Positions 1 through 9,251 of a stretch of 54,873 bases of DNA are shown in pieces. The stretch's first letter is position 1. Each line of letters begins with the position of its first letter. The notes beneath the pieces are model-generated. The model did not search any database. It was not told the DNA's origin and saw nothing but the letters and a program-made list of their open reading frames with translations. The position numbers were made by a program, and so were the translations under genes. Origin of the DNA: Pseudomonadota bacterium (GTDB taxonomy: Bacteria > Bdellovibrionota > Bdellovibrionia > Bdellovibrionales > SG-bin7); assembly GCA_034439715.1 (NCBI GenBank), contig JAWXAY010000016.1, forward strand, positions 1 through 54,873, in the 5' to 3' direction.

Positions 1-99
1 TCGGCGTGGCAGAAAGCCGCACGCAAAGCATGTAAGCTTGGCTACAAAAATATTAAACACTTCAAAGAAGGTATCGCGGGCTGGAATAAGAATTCGTAA
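1..99 (+). CDS. Rhodanese-like domain protein, 3' end only (truncated by window start)
   Basis: My translation of frame 1: SAWQKAARKACKLGYKNIKHFKEGIAGWNKNS*. It matches the rhodanese C-terminal pattern A..L...GY.N+..+..G+..W. Confidence 0.65.
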   Translation, partial: SAWQKAARKACKLGYKNIKHFKEGIAGWNKNS

Positions 100-303
100 G
101 AATCCTTTTTCACATCATTGATTTTTCGAACGCAAGTGTCTCAAAGCACTGCCTGGCATCGGTAGCTAGCCGAAGGTCCGAGGCCCCAAGTCCGACTCGC
201 TGAAACCTCTAACTGTTTACCTTTTATTTCCGATATTAGACGTAGATAAGTAGGAGGGTTTTTTTTAAACTTCCGACCTTCGTGCAGTTGCGGGAGAGAC
301 AGC

Positions 304-2235
304 TTGAGAAGCCAGCTAAAAAGAATTCAGGAAAAACTAAAGGAGTCCGCCCCGAAAAAATCGGCGTGGACTGAGGCCCTTGGGTTTTTCATCTTGGGCT
401 TGGGAATGTTTATTGCGATTTCTCTTTTAAGTTTTGATCGTCGTGAAGCCATGACTACTGATCCCGCCTTAATAGAAAACCTTGGTGGCCCCCTAGGAAA
501 TAAAATCGGTTACATTATGTATTCAACCATGGGCATCGCCGCACTGTTTTGGCCATTGCTATTATTTTTCTTGGGACTTTTATCTGTAATCGGATTTACG
601 CGGCTTCCGAGTGGATCGACAATGTTTTGTTTTACCGCTATCACGTCACTTCTCGCTTCTTTAGCGCAAATTTTTCCACCAAAAACTCTTATTTTCGCCC
701 AACCCTACGGCCCTGGCGGTTGGCTTGGTGATAATATCGGCATGCCTATTTTTAATACATTGGGGTATGGTGGTAGTTCTATTTTTATTTCTTTTCTCAC
801 CATTGCCAGTTTCGTATTAGCGGGATTACTGCAATTTTCCAAAACAGCCGAAGTCTTGAGTTACGTCACTTATAAATTTCAAAAAGCTGTCGGGAATGTA
901 AATAATAAACGCGATGCTTTCATGGCGAATAACCGAAAATTGAGCGTTATTTCTGATAGTCCAAAATCAGAAAAATTAAAAAAAGGAAATGAAAACGAAA
1001 GGGAAGCTGAGGCCTTGCAAAATGATAGAGAGTCAGCAAAAACCACAATAGATTTAGATTTATCGGCATCGACCCATAAAAGTGAGAAACCCTCGTTATC
1101 TATTTTTGCCACAACCGAGGAAGGAAAACTCGATAAAGAGGAATTAGAAAAAACCGGCGAACGTTTAACCGCTGAGCTTAAAGTATTTAAAGTTGAAGGC
1201 AAGGTGACAAACGTTACCGAAGGCCCCGTGGTCACTACATATGAGTTTGAACCAGCCCCAGGTACGAAAATCGCTAAGATTGTAACCTTGCGCGAGGATC
1301 TCGCACGCTTGCTTAAAACCGCAAGTCTGCGAGTGATCGCTCCTATTCCTGGCAAAGATACTGTCGGCTTTGAAATCCCGAACAAAGATAAAGAAAGACG
1401 TGATATTCGCTTCGGGAGTCTGGTAAATGACAAAACATTTTTTTCAAAAGATTTTCATTTACCGATTGTGATGGGCGTTGACCCTTTTGGCGATCCGGTC
1501 ATTGATGACTTAGCGAATATGCCCCACCTACTCGTTGCCGGATCAACGGGATCAGGAAAAAGCGTTTTCATTAATTGTTTGATTGCGAGTCTGCTTTCCC
1601 GCCACTCCACAAAAGATTTGAGACTCATTTTGGTGGATCCAAAAATGGTAGAACTTGCTGCTTACAATAAGTGCCCGCATTTAGCATGCCCAGTGATAAC
1701 TGAAATGAAAGCGCAAGGGTTACCTATCTTAAGGCAATTGGTTGCCGAAATGGAAGTGCGCTACGAAATGATTGGTAGCGTAGGAGCAAAAAATATTCTT
1801 GGTTTTAATGAGGTTATTAAATCGCGTCGAAAAACAGAATTTAAAAAGTTTGAAGGAAAATGGCAAACACTCCCTTTCGTTGTCGTTATTATTGATGAGT
1901 TTGCCGATATGATTATGGTTTTAGGAAAAGACGCTGAGGATGCGATTACTCGACTGGCTCAGAAAGCAAGAGCCGCTGGGATCCATCTTGTTCTTGCGAC
2001 CCAAAGGCCAACAGTGAAAGTCGTTACGGGTTCCATAAAAGCAAACTTTCCCTCCCGTGTTGCTTTTCGGGTTATTAGCGGCGTCGATTCACGTACAATT
2101 TTAGATGATAGCGGCGCGGAAGACCTTTTAGGTAAAGGTGATATGTTGTTTCAGACATCTAAAGGTATTCAACGCATTCACGGTGCGTACATTAGTGAAA
2201 AAGAAATTGAGAAATTAATTAAAGCGCTAGGTTGA
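304..2235 (+). CDS. ftsK: DNA translocase FtsK/SpoIIIE (N-terminal TM region plus motor domain; no gamma winged-helix domain)
   Basis: N-terminal TM helices (NLGGPLGNKIG, GPGGWLG), alpha-domain GPVVTTYEFEP, Walker A PHLLVAGSTGSGKS, Walker B VVIIDEFAD, RAAGIHLVLATQRP, GAEDLLGKGDML. The ORF stops soon after RIHGAYISEKEI. Confidence 0.93.
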   Translation: MRSQLKRIQEKLKESAPKKSAWTEALGFFILGLGMFIAISLLSFDRREAMTTDPALIENLGGPLGNKIGYIMYSTMGIAALFWPLLLFFLGLLSVIGFTRLPSGSTMFCFTAITSLLASLAQIFPPKTLIFAQPYGPGGWLGDNIGMPIFNTLGYGGSSIFISFLTIASFVLAGLLQFSKTAEVLSYVTYKFQKAVGNVNNKRDAFMANNRKLSVISDSPKSEKLKKGNENEREAEALQNDRESAKTTIDLDLSASTHKSEKPSLSIFATTEEGKLDKEELEKTGERLTAELKVFKVEGKVTNVTEGPVVTTYEFEPAPGTKIAKIVTLREDLARLLKTASLRVIAPIPGKDTVGFEIPNKDKERRDIRFGSLVNDKTFFSKDFHLPIVMGVDPFGDPVIDDLANMPHLLVAGSTGSGKSVFINCLIASLLSRHSTKDLRLILVDPKMVELAAYNKCPHLACPVITEMKAQGLPILRQLVAEMEVRYEMIGSVGAKNILGFNEVIKSRRKTEFKKFEGKWQTLPFVVVIIDEFADMIMVLGKDAEDAITRLAQKARAAGIHLVLATQRPTVKVVTGSIKANFPSRVAFRVISGVDSRTILDDSGAEDLLGKGDMLFQTSKGIQRIHGAYISEKEIEKLIKALG

Positions 2236-2239
2236 CTCA

Positions 2240-2440
2240 AAAACTGTACTTAAAATCATCAACCTTATCAATAGCGAATACACTTATCCCCCTTTCATAC
2301 TTAGGAGGTTTTGCCAGCCTTCGCTAAGTATGGCCTTGGTTCCCGCCACTGTATGGGATATTCCTTAGCCCATGTCAGTAGTTCTTCCACCATAGGGCCA
2401 CGGGCACCACTTGTTACGAGTCACACGAACCCATACGCCT
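2240..2440 (-). mobile_element. Putative non-autonomous IS110-family-derived element (structured left-end/bridge-RNA-like region plus right-end-like tail, no recombinase ORF)
   Basis: Minus strand reads ATGGGTTCGTGTGA..ACAAGTGGTGCCCG-TGGCCCTATGGTGGAAG...GGCGGGAACCAAGGCCATACTTAGC..GGCAAAACCTCCTAAGTATGAAAGGGGG..GTG. It forms three stem-loops, two with internal loops. The resemblance to IS110 non-coding left ends is from my memory and was not searched. Confidence 0.5.
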
Positions 2441-2451
2441 TAAATTTGAAG

Positions 2452-2483
2452 AATCAGTCGGGGCATAGACCCCGAGCCTGATT
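2452..2483. terminator. Hairpin (terminator or REP-like)
   Basis: AATCAG-TCGGGG-catag a-CCCCGA-gc-CTGATT inverted repeat followed by T residues, between convergent genes. Confidence 0.5.
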
Positions 2484-2685
2484 TTATCGTCGATCAACTG
2501 ACTAGTGGCTCTAGGGCTTGTGAAGTTATTGCTGTAAACTCACCAAATCTTGTACATGGCAAAAACGATGTTGCTTTTCTCCGGAAACACGCAATCGGAC
2601 ATTGATATGGCGCTCCTTTATAGTCATCTTGAATAAGCCAACTGTAGCGCGAATGTTGTTGTCGAATATTTACGAAGGAGTTTCA

Positions 2686-3273
2686 CTATCTCTCTACGAA
2701 TTTTTCTTTTTTTTCATCCCACTCAAGCTTCATAAATTCTTTACGTATGTCTTTTCCTATATTTTGATCGTCTGACTCTTCAATCTGAGCGACAAGAACT
2801 TGGGAACCATTGGCCGGTAGAGACCAGGCCAGTGGCCTATATTCACGAGAACTAGCGGGAACAAGTTTTTCGTATTTAGCCCGGACATCTTTTGTAGGCA
2901 AAGCAGCGCTAGTTACATCTTTTAAAGTTTTCTCTTGGTTGTTATCTTGGAGTACTTTGAGATCGTAGGTACACACGGGCCCACATCCTACCGCCAGAGA
3001 TAAAATGATAGTGAGTTTGGGATTAATTCTTAACACGGCGAGTTCGCCATGGCCGTCTTGGTAGCCCGCAAACCACATGTGATCCTTAGTTTTACTAACT
3101 TTCTTGGTCTCAAGAACCTTAAAATTCGTAATTTCACCTTCTTGATGAACTACCTTTGGTGCATAACCCATGATAAGCTGGAAGTAATCATCAATAGTTC
3201 GTGATTTGATCGGTTTATCAGCAGGGCTGATAATCGAACTTAAGAAAAACAAAAACATTAAAAAGTATTTCAC
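2686..3273 (-). CDS. Hypothetical exported protein
   Basis: 195 aa ORF with a signal peptide (MKYFLMFLFFLSSIISPA) and a CGPVC motif. Confidence 0.7.
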   Translation of the reverse strand: MKYFLMFLFFLSSIISPADKPIKSRTIDDYFQLIMGYAPKVVHQEGEITNFKVLETKKVSKTKDHMWFAGYQDGHGELAVLRINPKLTIILSLAVGCGPVCTYDLKVLQDNNQEKTLKDVTSAALPTKDVRAKYEKLVPASSREYRPLAWSLPANGSQVLVAQIEESDDQNIGKDIRKEFMKLEWDEKKEKFVER

Positions 3274-3430
3274 ATTATAATTGTCTTATGGGTTCACTTC
3301 TCTGGGAAATACTAATTAGCATACTAGGCTTTGTACTAGAGTTTTATTTCGCTATTTTTGCACAAACGTTTTCACTTCTGGTTCCCATTGATCTAGAATT
3401 CTCATAACATAAGGATACTTCTGCAACCTC

Positions 3431-3832
3431 ATGTCTGGAGAAAAAAAAGTGACAACCATATTTTTAAAACTCTTTTGTGTTTTGACCTATGCGAGCGACT
3501 TCGTGCCAATTTCGTTTTCCGATTTAACAAAGAGTTCGAGTCATATTGTGATCGGCACTGTCGTGAAAGCAAAAGACCTGGGAAGGGAACCTCATACAGG
3601 AACTCAAGAGGTTAAACTTGTAGTTGATTCTTATCTTAAGGGCGAGGGCCTTGAGAAAGAAGTCAGCATTAAACTTCAGCATAAAGGACTTGTGGATTTT
3701 GATCCGCAACTTTCAGTTGGTGATTCGGGCGTCTTTTTTCTAAATAAAGATAAAGAAGCATTAAAACTGACATTTTTTGGATCGATAGCCGTATTCCCTA
3801 AGAAAAACTTCCGTTCAGATCAGCGCAAATAA
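3431..3832 (+). CDS. Hypothetical exported protein (small beta-barrel, TIMP/NTR- or OB-like pattern)
   Basis: 133 aa; pattern L...S.HIVIGTV ... V..YLKG ... VGDSGVFFL. Confidence 0.6.
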   Translation: MSGEKKVTTIFLKLFCVLTYASDFVPISFSDLTKSSSHIVIGTVVKAKDLGREPHTGTQEVKLVVDSYLKGEGLEKEVSIKLQHKGLVDFDPQLSVGDSGVFFLNKDKEALKLTFFGSIAVFPKKNFRSDQRK

Positions 3833-3853
3833 ATTATTTGGTGAAAAATTTTG

Positions 3854-5503
3854 TCACGCTTTAATAAACGGAAGCCAACTGCTTAGGTCGGTTCCTCCCC
3901 AAGTGGAATAGTGACTAGAGGACACTGGGACTAAGCCAACCGATGCTCCATCGGCCGTCCAGAAAAGACTTACGCCATAACCCGTGCGTCTTCCATTAAT
4001 AGTAAAACTGGGATGCGAGTCTGCGACTTTACCCAACGCTTCAAATTCACCGGGGGGCACATCCATAGCCTGAAGTAAATTGGCCCAGAGCTGATTCATT
4101 GGAAAGCCAAATCGGGTCCAGCCCAGATCGTTTCGAGTTGTTTCAAAATTTCTATAATCAAGGTACTGTCCGGTTTTAAGTGTACCACCGGCAGAGCCAA
4201 AAGTGATGACCGGAATATTCCATGCCTCGTGTCCTCGTTTACTATGCTCTTGAATACAAGTGATCAGAGAACTATCAAGTAAAGTCGAGCCATTTGAACT
4301 TATAGAATCTAATTTGAGCGCTAAATCCAAACACATGTCCTGCATCACTATGGTATTTTCAGTAATCACACTATTGTAGGATTCCACATTTGCAATTAAA
4401 TCTTTGTCGTTATCATACCCCGCATGCGCCCAAGCATGCCAGGCACCTAAATCGGTTGAGGTCAAAGATTCGGAACTCGCGAGAAAAGAATGGCATAGTC
4501 CCGAAGAAATTAGAGATGTGATTACGCTATTCATGGTTTTGATTAATATCCTTCGGTCAGCGGCAGTGCAGGCAACAAGATCGTACACACCGGCGCCCCA
4601 GTCGGCTCCCGACGGCGCTTTATTGGGGGGACGAATGCCACCATTAATTTGCAATGATTGATTATTTACGGCGAGCTGAGTATTTTGCAATAACTCAATA
4701 TGTTGATCTAAAACGCGTTTGTCTTCGCTCGCAAGAGCTCGGCTACCTCTGACGCTTTTGTAATCTGCAAGAACAAGATCAACCAAGGTTTTTTTAAGGG
4801 GTAATGTCGTGGGTGCTTGCCCAAAATATTTATCCCAAACCGCCTGAGGGTTATAAGCCAGCGGTGGACTAACGATGGCACTCGTTAAAGGACTACTGGG
4901 AGTTTGATAAGCTGATGAAATCCCGTATCCTCCCGGGCGAAGTCCCGTTTCGTATTTATTAGGTCCAACAACTAGTGAGCGGCCTTTGAGTGCAGGATTT
5001 TTATAAAAGTTAAGAGAGTTAGCCATAACCTGATCAATGCTCGCGGTCGAAGAAAGTCCCGTTACTCCGCCGCTCGTATTTTGATTCCCAAACTGAGCTC
5101 CGTTGTGGCCATAGATAGATAAAAAGTCTAATCCCTGCATCATCAACATTTTGCTCAGTACCGGATTAAAGCTAGAATTAATAATTTGTGAGATCTGATT
5201 ATTTTGCAATAACTGACTCAAGGGTCTTGCATAGACAGTGTGTTTTCCGGGTAAAGACAAGGGTGTGAAGCCCGCCACGCTTCTGATATCATCGGGTAAT
5301 ACCGGCATTAATTGTGATTTCGGTCCGTGCATACGATAGAGCCCATGAAAGGCACCGACGCCAATAAAACTTTTTTGTTGATTGGCAGCGAGTAACGCAG
5401 CCATGGCTCTATTGCCAATCAGCGACGGTAAAAAGGGAAGTGAAAGTATAGCGCCCCCGGCACCTTGCAAGAAATGCCTTCGCGTCATTGGGTTCCATTT
5501 CAT
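3854..5503 (-). CDS. DUF1552 family protein with a twin-arginine-like N-terminus
   Basis: N-terminus TRRHFLQGAGGAILSLPFLPSL, SIDQVMA, D+..LD.H, TLLDSSLI, H...NIPVITFGSAGG.LKTGQYLDY. Directly downstream of its usual DUF1592 partner. Confidence 0.85.
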   Translation of the reverse strand: MKWNPMTRRHFLQGAGGAILSLPFLPSLIGNRAMAALLAANQQKSFIGVGAFHGLYRMHGPKSQLMPVLPDDIRSVAGFTPLSLPGKHTVYARPLSQLLQNNQISQIINSSFNPVLSKMLMMQGLDFLSIYGHNGAQFGNQNTSGGVTGLSSTASIDQVMANSLNFYKNPALKGRSLVVGPNKYETGLRPGGYGISSAYQTPSSPLTSAIVSPPLAYNPQAVWDKYFGQAPTTLPLKKTLVDLVLADYKSVRGSRALASEDKRVLDQHIELLQNTQLAVNNQSLQINGGIRPPNKAPSGADWGAGVYDLVACTAADRRILIKTMNSVITSLISSGLCHSFLASSESLTSTDLGAWHAWAHAGYDNDKDLIANVESYNSVITENTIVMQDMCLDLALKLDSISSNGSTLLDSSLITCIQEHSKRGHEAWNIPVITFGSAGGTLKTGQYLDYRNFETTRNDLGWTRFGFPMNQLWANLLQAMDVPPGEFEALGKVADSHPSFTINGRRTGYGVSLFWTADGASVGLVPVSSSHYSTWGGTDLSSWLPFIKA

Positions 5504-5504
5504 A

Positions 5505-7337
5505 CTATTTCACCTTCCGATATAAAAAGGGTTTTTGAAAGGCCGCTGACTCAAAAAATTGCTTTAATGACCCATCCAAATTAATCATCATATTATCAAG
5601 CGTACAGCCGTCATTAGTGTTACTCTCTGTTCTTTCGAAAGCGTAACGAAAGTATTTTCGCACCATACATTGCTGTCCGACACGAGAATCCACAATGGCC
5701 TTACTTAACTCTATGGCATCATTAACCGGTTTGACTTCATTGCTTTTCACAATCGCATCTGTATGAGTATTGACATTCAAACTAGTTTTTAGGAGTCCAG
5801 TGAGGGGGTCAAACTTATTCTCGAGTGTTCTGAATCTGCCGAGAGAGTCGTAGTTTTCTGTAGCGAAGCCCAAAGGATTCATGAATCTATGACAGCTCAT
5901 ACACTGATTGGGACTTGTGGGGGTTCCAGCAGTCGCGACCTCAATAATCTCTCTGGTTGTGTTTAGTGTGTTTTGTGCAGCTGGTTTAATATCTAAATTT
6001 GCTGGCGGAGGAGGGAGTTCTCCACACAAGATATCAAAACGAATTCTTTTTCCTTTATGAATGGGATTTGTATATTCAGTTCCGTTCGCGACAAAGGCTG
6101 CACGGGTAAGAATTCCCGCACGTGGTTCGGAGGCTGGAAAGCGAATAGTGGGCTCAGAATTCCCATCCCATAGGCTACTAACCCCGTATAGATCTGCGAG
6201 GTCAGATGTTTTAGCAAACGAAAAGGGGGTCATAATTAGGTCTTCGTAGCGGCCGTTAGGAGTAAAGGTATAATATTCTGTGATATCATTAATCTCTTCA
6301 ATCATATCCGTGCGGTGTTTATGGCCTTGCACATTTATATTTAGACCTTTCGAAAACTCACTGTACGCCGTAGAACCACTAGCTCCTAATAAAGGCAGAC
6401 TGGGAGTTTTAAGCCACTCAGTATAAAAAGTGTTTATTCCCATTTTAGCTTTCGGATCATCTAAAATATATTTTACTATTGTTCGCATTTGCTCTTGCTG
6501 AGTAATATCTGTTGATTCGATTTTCTCATAAAGATAATCGTTGGGTGGGCCTTGCCAATATAGAAAGGTTAGCTTTACTAGAAGTTCATATTTATTTAAT
6601 TGATAGGTGGCGCCCGAAATTCCTTCGCTACCAGAAATTAATAGGCCTTCATTGTTAAAGATATAGTAAAATTTTGGATGCGCCATTAATCGCCCTAAAA
6701 AAATCGTCAAGCCATCACTACTGGTTAGGTTTAATGGTGCTTGTGTTGTTGAACTGGGATCAGCAAGGAGTGAGCTCACTTCGAGTTCCGTTACCGGCCT
6801 TTTAAAAGTTTTCTTAATATAGTAATCGGCAAAGGTTTTAGCGCAAACTCCTGTTAACGAACTTTGAGAGGAGTCAACACCGCAAATAGATGCGAGTTGA
6901 GCAACGTAACCTTGGTTTGTTGCCAAAATACTTGCTAACTCAAATGCGATTTCAAAAATGGCATCGACGTGATTCTGATTTAAAATGGTATCATTTGTCG
7001 TAAATCGTTCCATAGAATCTATAGGTAGTTGCTCAAGTTGAGCTTGGGCATTTGCCATGACGATGCTAAGATCATTTGTGTTCATCCGAGATAGAAACTC
7101 TTTGAGTGAATTTAATAAGTGAACCCTCGGTAATCGACGAACGGTATTTGCCGAAATGGAATCACTAGCACGACAAATGAACTTGCCGTCTGATGATGAG
7201 GATTGTGGTTGCAAGCCGGCCGACTTAAAATCGCCACATCCCTGACCGTAAGTGCAAACCAAAACGAAGGCCAAAGCTAAAGCAGCCAAGGCACGTATCT
7301 TGCTTTTTTTAAGAAGGCATATATTCATTTCTGGCAT
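5505..7337 (-). CDS. DUF1592/DUF1588/DUF1595-type protein with a CxxCH motif
   Basis: VRRL..., YELLVKLTFLYWQGPP, RAGILTRAAF, TNPIHKG..IR..ILC..LPPPP, CMSCHRFMNPLGFATENYDSLGRFR, C+VRKYFRYAFER. Signal region ends YGQGC. Confidence 0.87.
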   Translation of the reverse strand: MPEMNICLLKKSKIRALAALALAFVLVCTYGQGCGDFKSAGLQPQSSSSDGKFICRASDSISANTVRRLPRVHLLNSLKEFLSRMNTNDLSIVMANAQAQLEQLPIDSMERFTTNDTILNQNHVDAIFEIAFELASILATNQGYVAQLASICGVDSSQSSLTGVCAKTFADYYIKKTFKRPVTELEVSSLLADPSSTTQAPLNLTSSDGLTIFLGRLMAHPKFYYIFNNEGLLISGSEGISGATYQLNKYELLVKLTFLYWQGPPNDYLYEKIESTDITQQEQMRTIVKYILDDPKAKMGINTFYTEWLKTPSLPLLGASGSTAYSEFSKGLNINVQGHKHRTDMIEEINDITEYYTFTPNGRYEDLIMTPFSFAKTSDLADLYGVSSLWDGNSEPTIRFPASEPRAGILTRAAFVANGTEYTNPIHKGKRIRFDILCGELPPPPANLDIKPAAQNTLNTTREIIEVATAGTPTSPNQCMSCHRFMNPLGFATENYDSLGRFRTLENKFDPLTGLLKTSLNVNTHTDAIVKSNEVKPVNDAIELSKAIVDSRVGQQCMVRKYFRYAFERTESNTNDGCTLDNMMINLDGSLKQFFESAAFQKPFLYRKVK

Positions 7338-7474
7338 TCCAACATTGTAAATGCAGAGCTCAATCTACAGTCTAATACATTAGAGATGAGGGTGAAATTG
7401 AAAATCGAAGATTCTCTTTTTTATTGATATGTACCCACATTAATTCGATTTAAGACCTAAGTATTTTTGGAACG

Positions 7475-7519
7475 CCTCAAAATGAAAATGGTCAAAATGA
7501 GAATGGTCAAAATGAGAAT
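7475..7519. repeat. Three tandem 15 bp units TCAAAATGA(A/G)AATGG, each a degenerate TCTCA-N3-TGAGA site
   Basis: cctcaaaatgaaaatg-gtcaaaatgagaatg-gtcaaaatgagaa read directly; lies upstream of the DUF1592/DUF1552 operon. Confidence 0.8.
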
Positions 7520-7591
7520 TCATTAACAAGGGATTGTTAGATCAAATCCCCATTTCTACAATTAACCCCCTGGCAGCCATTAAACAAAAAC

Positions 7592-8731
7592 TTAAAAATT
7601 AACAGGAGTAGAAATAACTTGATTTGCCTTTTCTTCTAGCTTTCTGAGTGTTGGCAAATAATTCTGCCCACTGCTTGTAAGGTAGTTTATGAACTCTTTT
7701 TCTTTATTTTGATTTGTTGCCAACGGCTGATCGATTTTTGTAAATCCATAAAATATATTGAATAAACGGGAGGTATGACTGTCGCCTGTGGCCACGAAGG
7801 CATCGGCACCGTTCGCGCCTGCCATCAGAAGTACATCACGAAGAAATTTTGCTTTGACTTGGCTAGGCACGGCTTGAAACTGTCCATAACGAGTAAACTC
7901 AGCAGGCCACTTGGCATTTAGGATTTTTTTTAAATGAGAGGTTCTAAAACTAATATTTTCAGAGAGCCTTTCCTGAAACGGCAAGAGACTTGTAAACTCG
8001 CGACTGGGATCATTTTTAGTTAACTGGCCTGGACGAGGGACAACTTCAAGTTTTCCCTTAGAATATGAAACTTGAATTGTCATCAATAGGTGAGATTCAA
8101 TTTCGGACTCAGATAGTTCGCTAAGGTTCTTTGAAGGTTCTCGCAACAAAATAAAGACATCCGAATTTTCATTGAATATATTAAATAGCTCTAGGCGCTT
8201 AAAGTCGTCCTCAGAAAGATACGAGCCTTTTAGTTTACGATAAAGGCCGAGAATAGCGTTATGTGCCGTCCATCTGTATTTGACAAGAACGCTTCTTGCT
8301 TCTTGAACTTCGCCGCTGGATTCAAATATGAAAGAATCGGTCGTCTGAGATCTATAAATTTCTTTAAGTTTTTTATGGCCTGATTCAATATCACTTTTCA
8401 TTTGTCTCATGCCTACATTAATTAGCCGGTAGTTATTTCCTTGGAATGTTAGTTTGCTACTAACCCAATTTTTAACCGGATTCTTACTTTGCGAGATCGT
8501 TATTTTGCGGTTAATACCACTTGGGTTTGGACCTGTATAGTTTAATTTCCATGATAATCGACCTTCTTTTTGAGTGGCAAAATCTGAATATCTAAAATTC
8601 CCGGCATTCGTAAGTAGCTCGATATTGTAAATATAATCCGAGATAAAATGCTCACTGCAGGTATTGGCGTAAGCCGAATGACCAGAAAAATGGAAGGCAA
8701 AAATTGTCAGAAGCGAAATGAATTTAGACAT
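7592..8731 (-). CDS. Hypothetical secreted protein, possible C-terminal GNAT-like fold
   Basis: Signal peptide ending SAYA; C-terminal AEFTRY...A..NGADAFVATGD....RLF..FYGF. Confidence 0.65.
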   Translation of the reverse strand: MSKFISLLTIFAFHFSGHSAYANTCSEHFISDYIYNIELLTNAGNFRYSDFATQKEGRLSWKLNYTGPNPSGINRKITISQSKNPVKNWVSSKLTFQGNNYRLINVGMRQMKSDIESGHKKLKEIYRSQTTDSFIFESSGEVQEARSVLVKYRWTAHNAILGLYRKLKGSYLSEDDFKRLELFNIFNENSDVFILLREPSKNLSELSESEIESHLLMTIQVSYSKGKLEVVPRPGQLTKNDPSREFTSLLPFQERLSENISFRTSHLKKILNAKWPAEFTRYGQFQAVPSQVKAKFLRDVLLMAGANGADAFVATGDSHTSRLFNIFYGFTKIDQPLATNQNKEKEFINYLTSSGQNYLPTLRKLEEKANQVISTPVNF

Positions 8732-8964
8732 CTATTACTCTTGGGTTTCGTCTAATTTTGCAGCTAGCAGTTAGCAAAGCACAGCTGCAAATTTAACGCC
8801 AGAATATCTCAAATTTTGGTCCTGTGACGGTCTTTATGGCCCGAGACTTGCTCTATTTTGTTTTTGTATGCCTGTCTATAACAAGAGCCTCTAGGCCCCC
8901 GCGCTTGACGCTTTTTTTTGGCAGACTGTAAAACAATTTAACAGAAATACTTTGGAGGTATTTT

Positions 8965-9198
8965 ATGAAGAACATTATGCTAACTACTCTAACTCTTGTG
9001 ACTTTATTAGCTCCGGTTGCCTATGCTGCCGAGGAGACAGTTGCTGAAATTAGAGAAGATATTGAAATTGCAAAAAGCCGAATCCAACGTTACCGCGACG
9101 ACAGCCTACGTAAAAGCATTTGGGCCAATGAACTGGTTACTCTCTGTTTTAATGCCGAGTCCAAGCATGGCTTAAAATGTAAGTTAACTGTAGAGTAG
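8965..9198 (+). CDS. Small secreted hypothetical protein
   Basis: GGAGG RBS, signal peptide ending AYA, 77 aa, two Cys. Confidence 0.75.
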   Translation: MKNIMLTTLTLVTLLAPVAYAAEETVAEIREDIEIAKSRIQRYRDDSLRKSIWANELVTLCFNAESKHGLKCKLTVE

Positions 9199-9251
9199 TC
9201 ACAGCTCGGCTTAGGGCCACCCATGGAAACTACGTCTGACGAGGACCGTTG

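Noticed and set aside
2281..2440. 6S RNA interpretation (plus-strand GGGCACCACTTG resembles a Firmicutes 6S 3' motif)
   Set aside because: The region folds into three separate stem-loops rather than one closed rod with a central bubble, and no zapA/ygfA/rny context is present. Not fully excluded without an Rfam search.
2500..2685. Possible pseudogene fragment (MAKTMLL...YSHLE*ANCSANVVVEYLRR)
   Set aside because: Short, interrupted and without a recognisable motif.
7475..7519. CRISPR-like array
   Set aside because: 15 bp head-to-tail units with no spacers, and no cas genes in the window.
8757..8791. 9 bp inverted repeat TTTGCAGCT-N17-AGCTGCAAA between divergent genes
   Set aside because: Single occurrence; cannot be told apart from chance or assigned a function.
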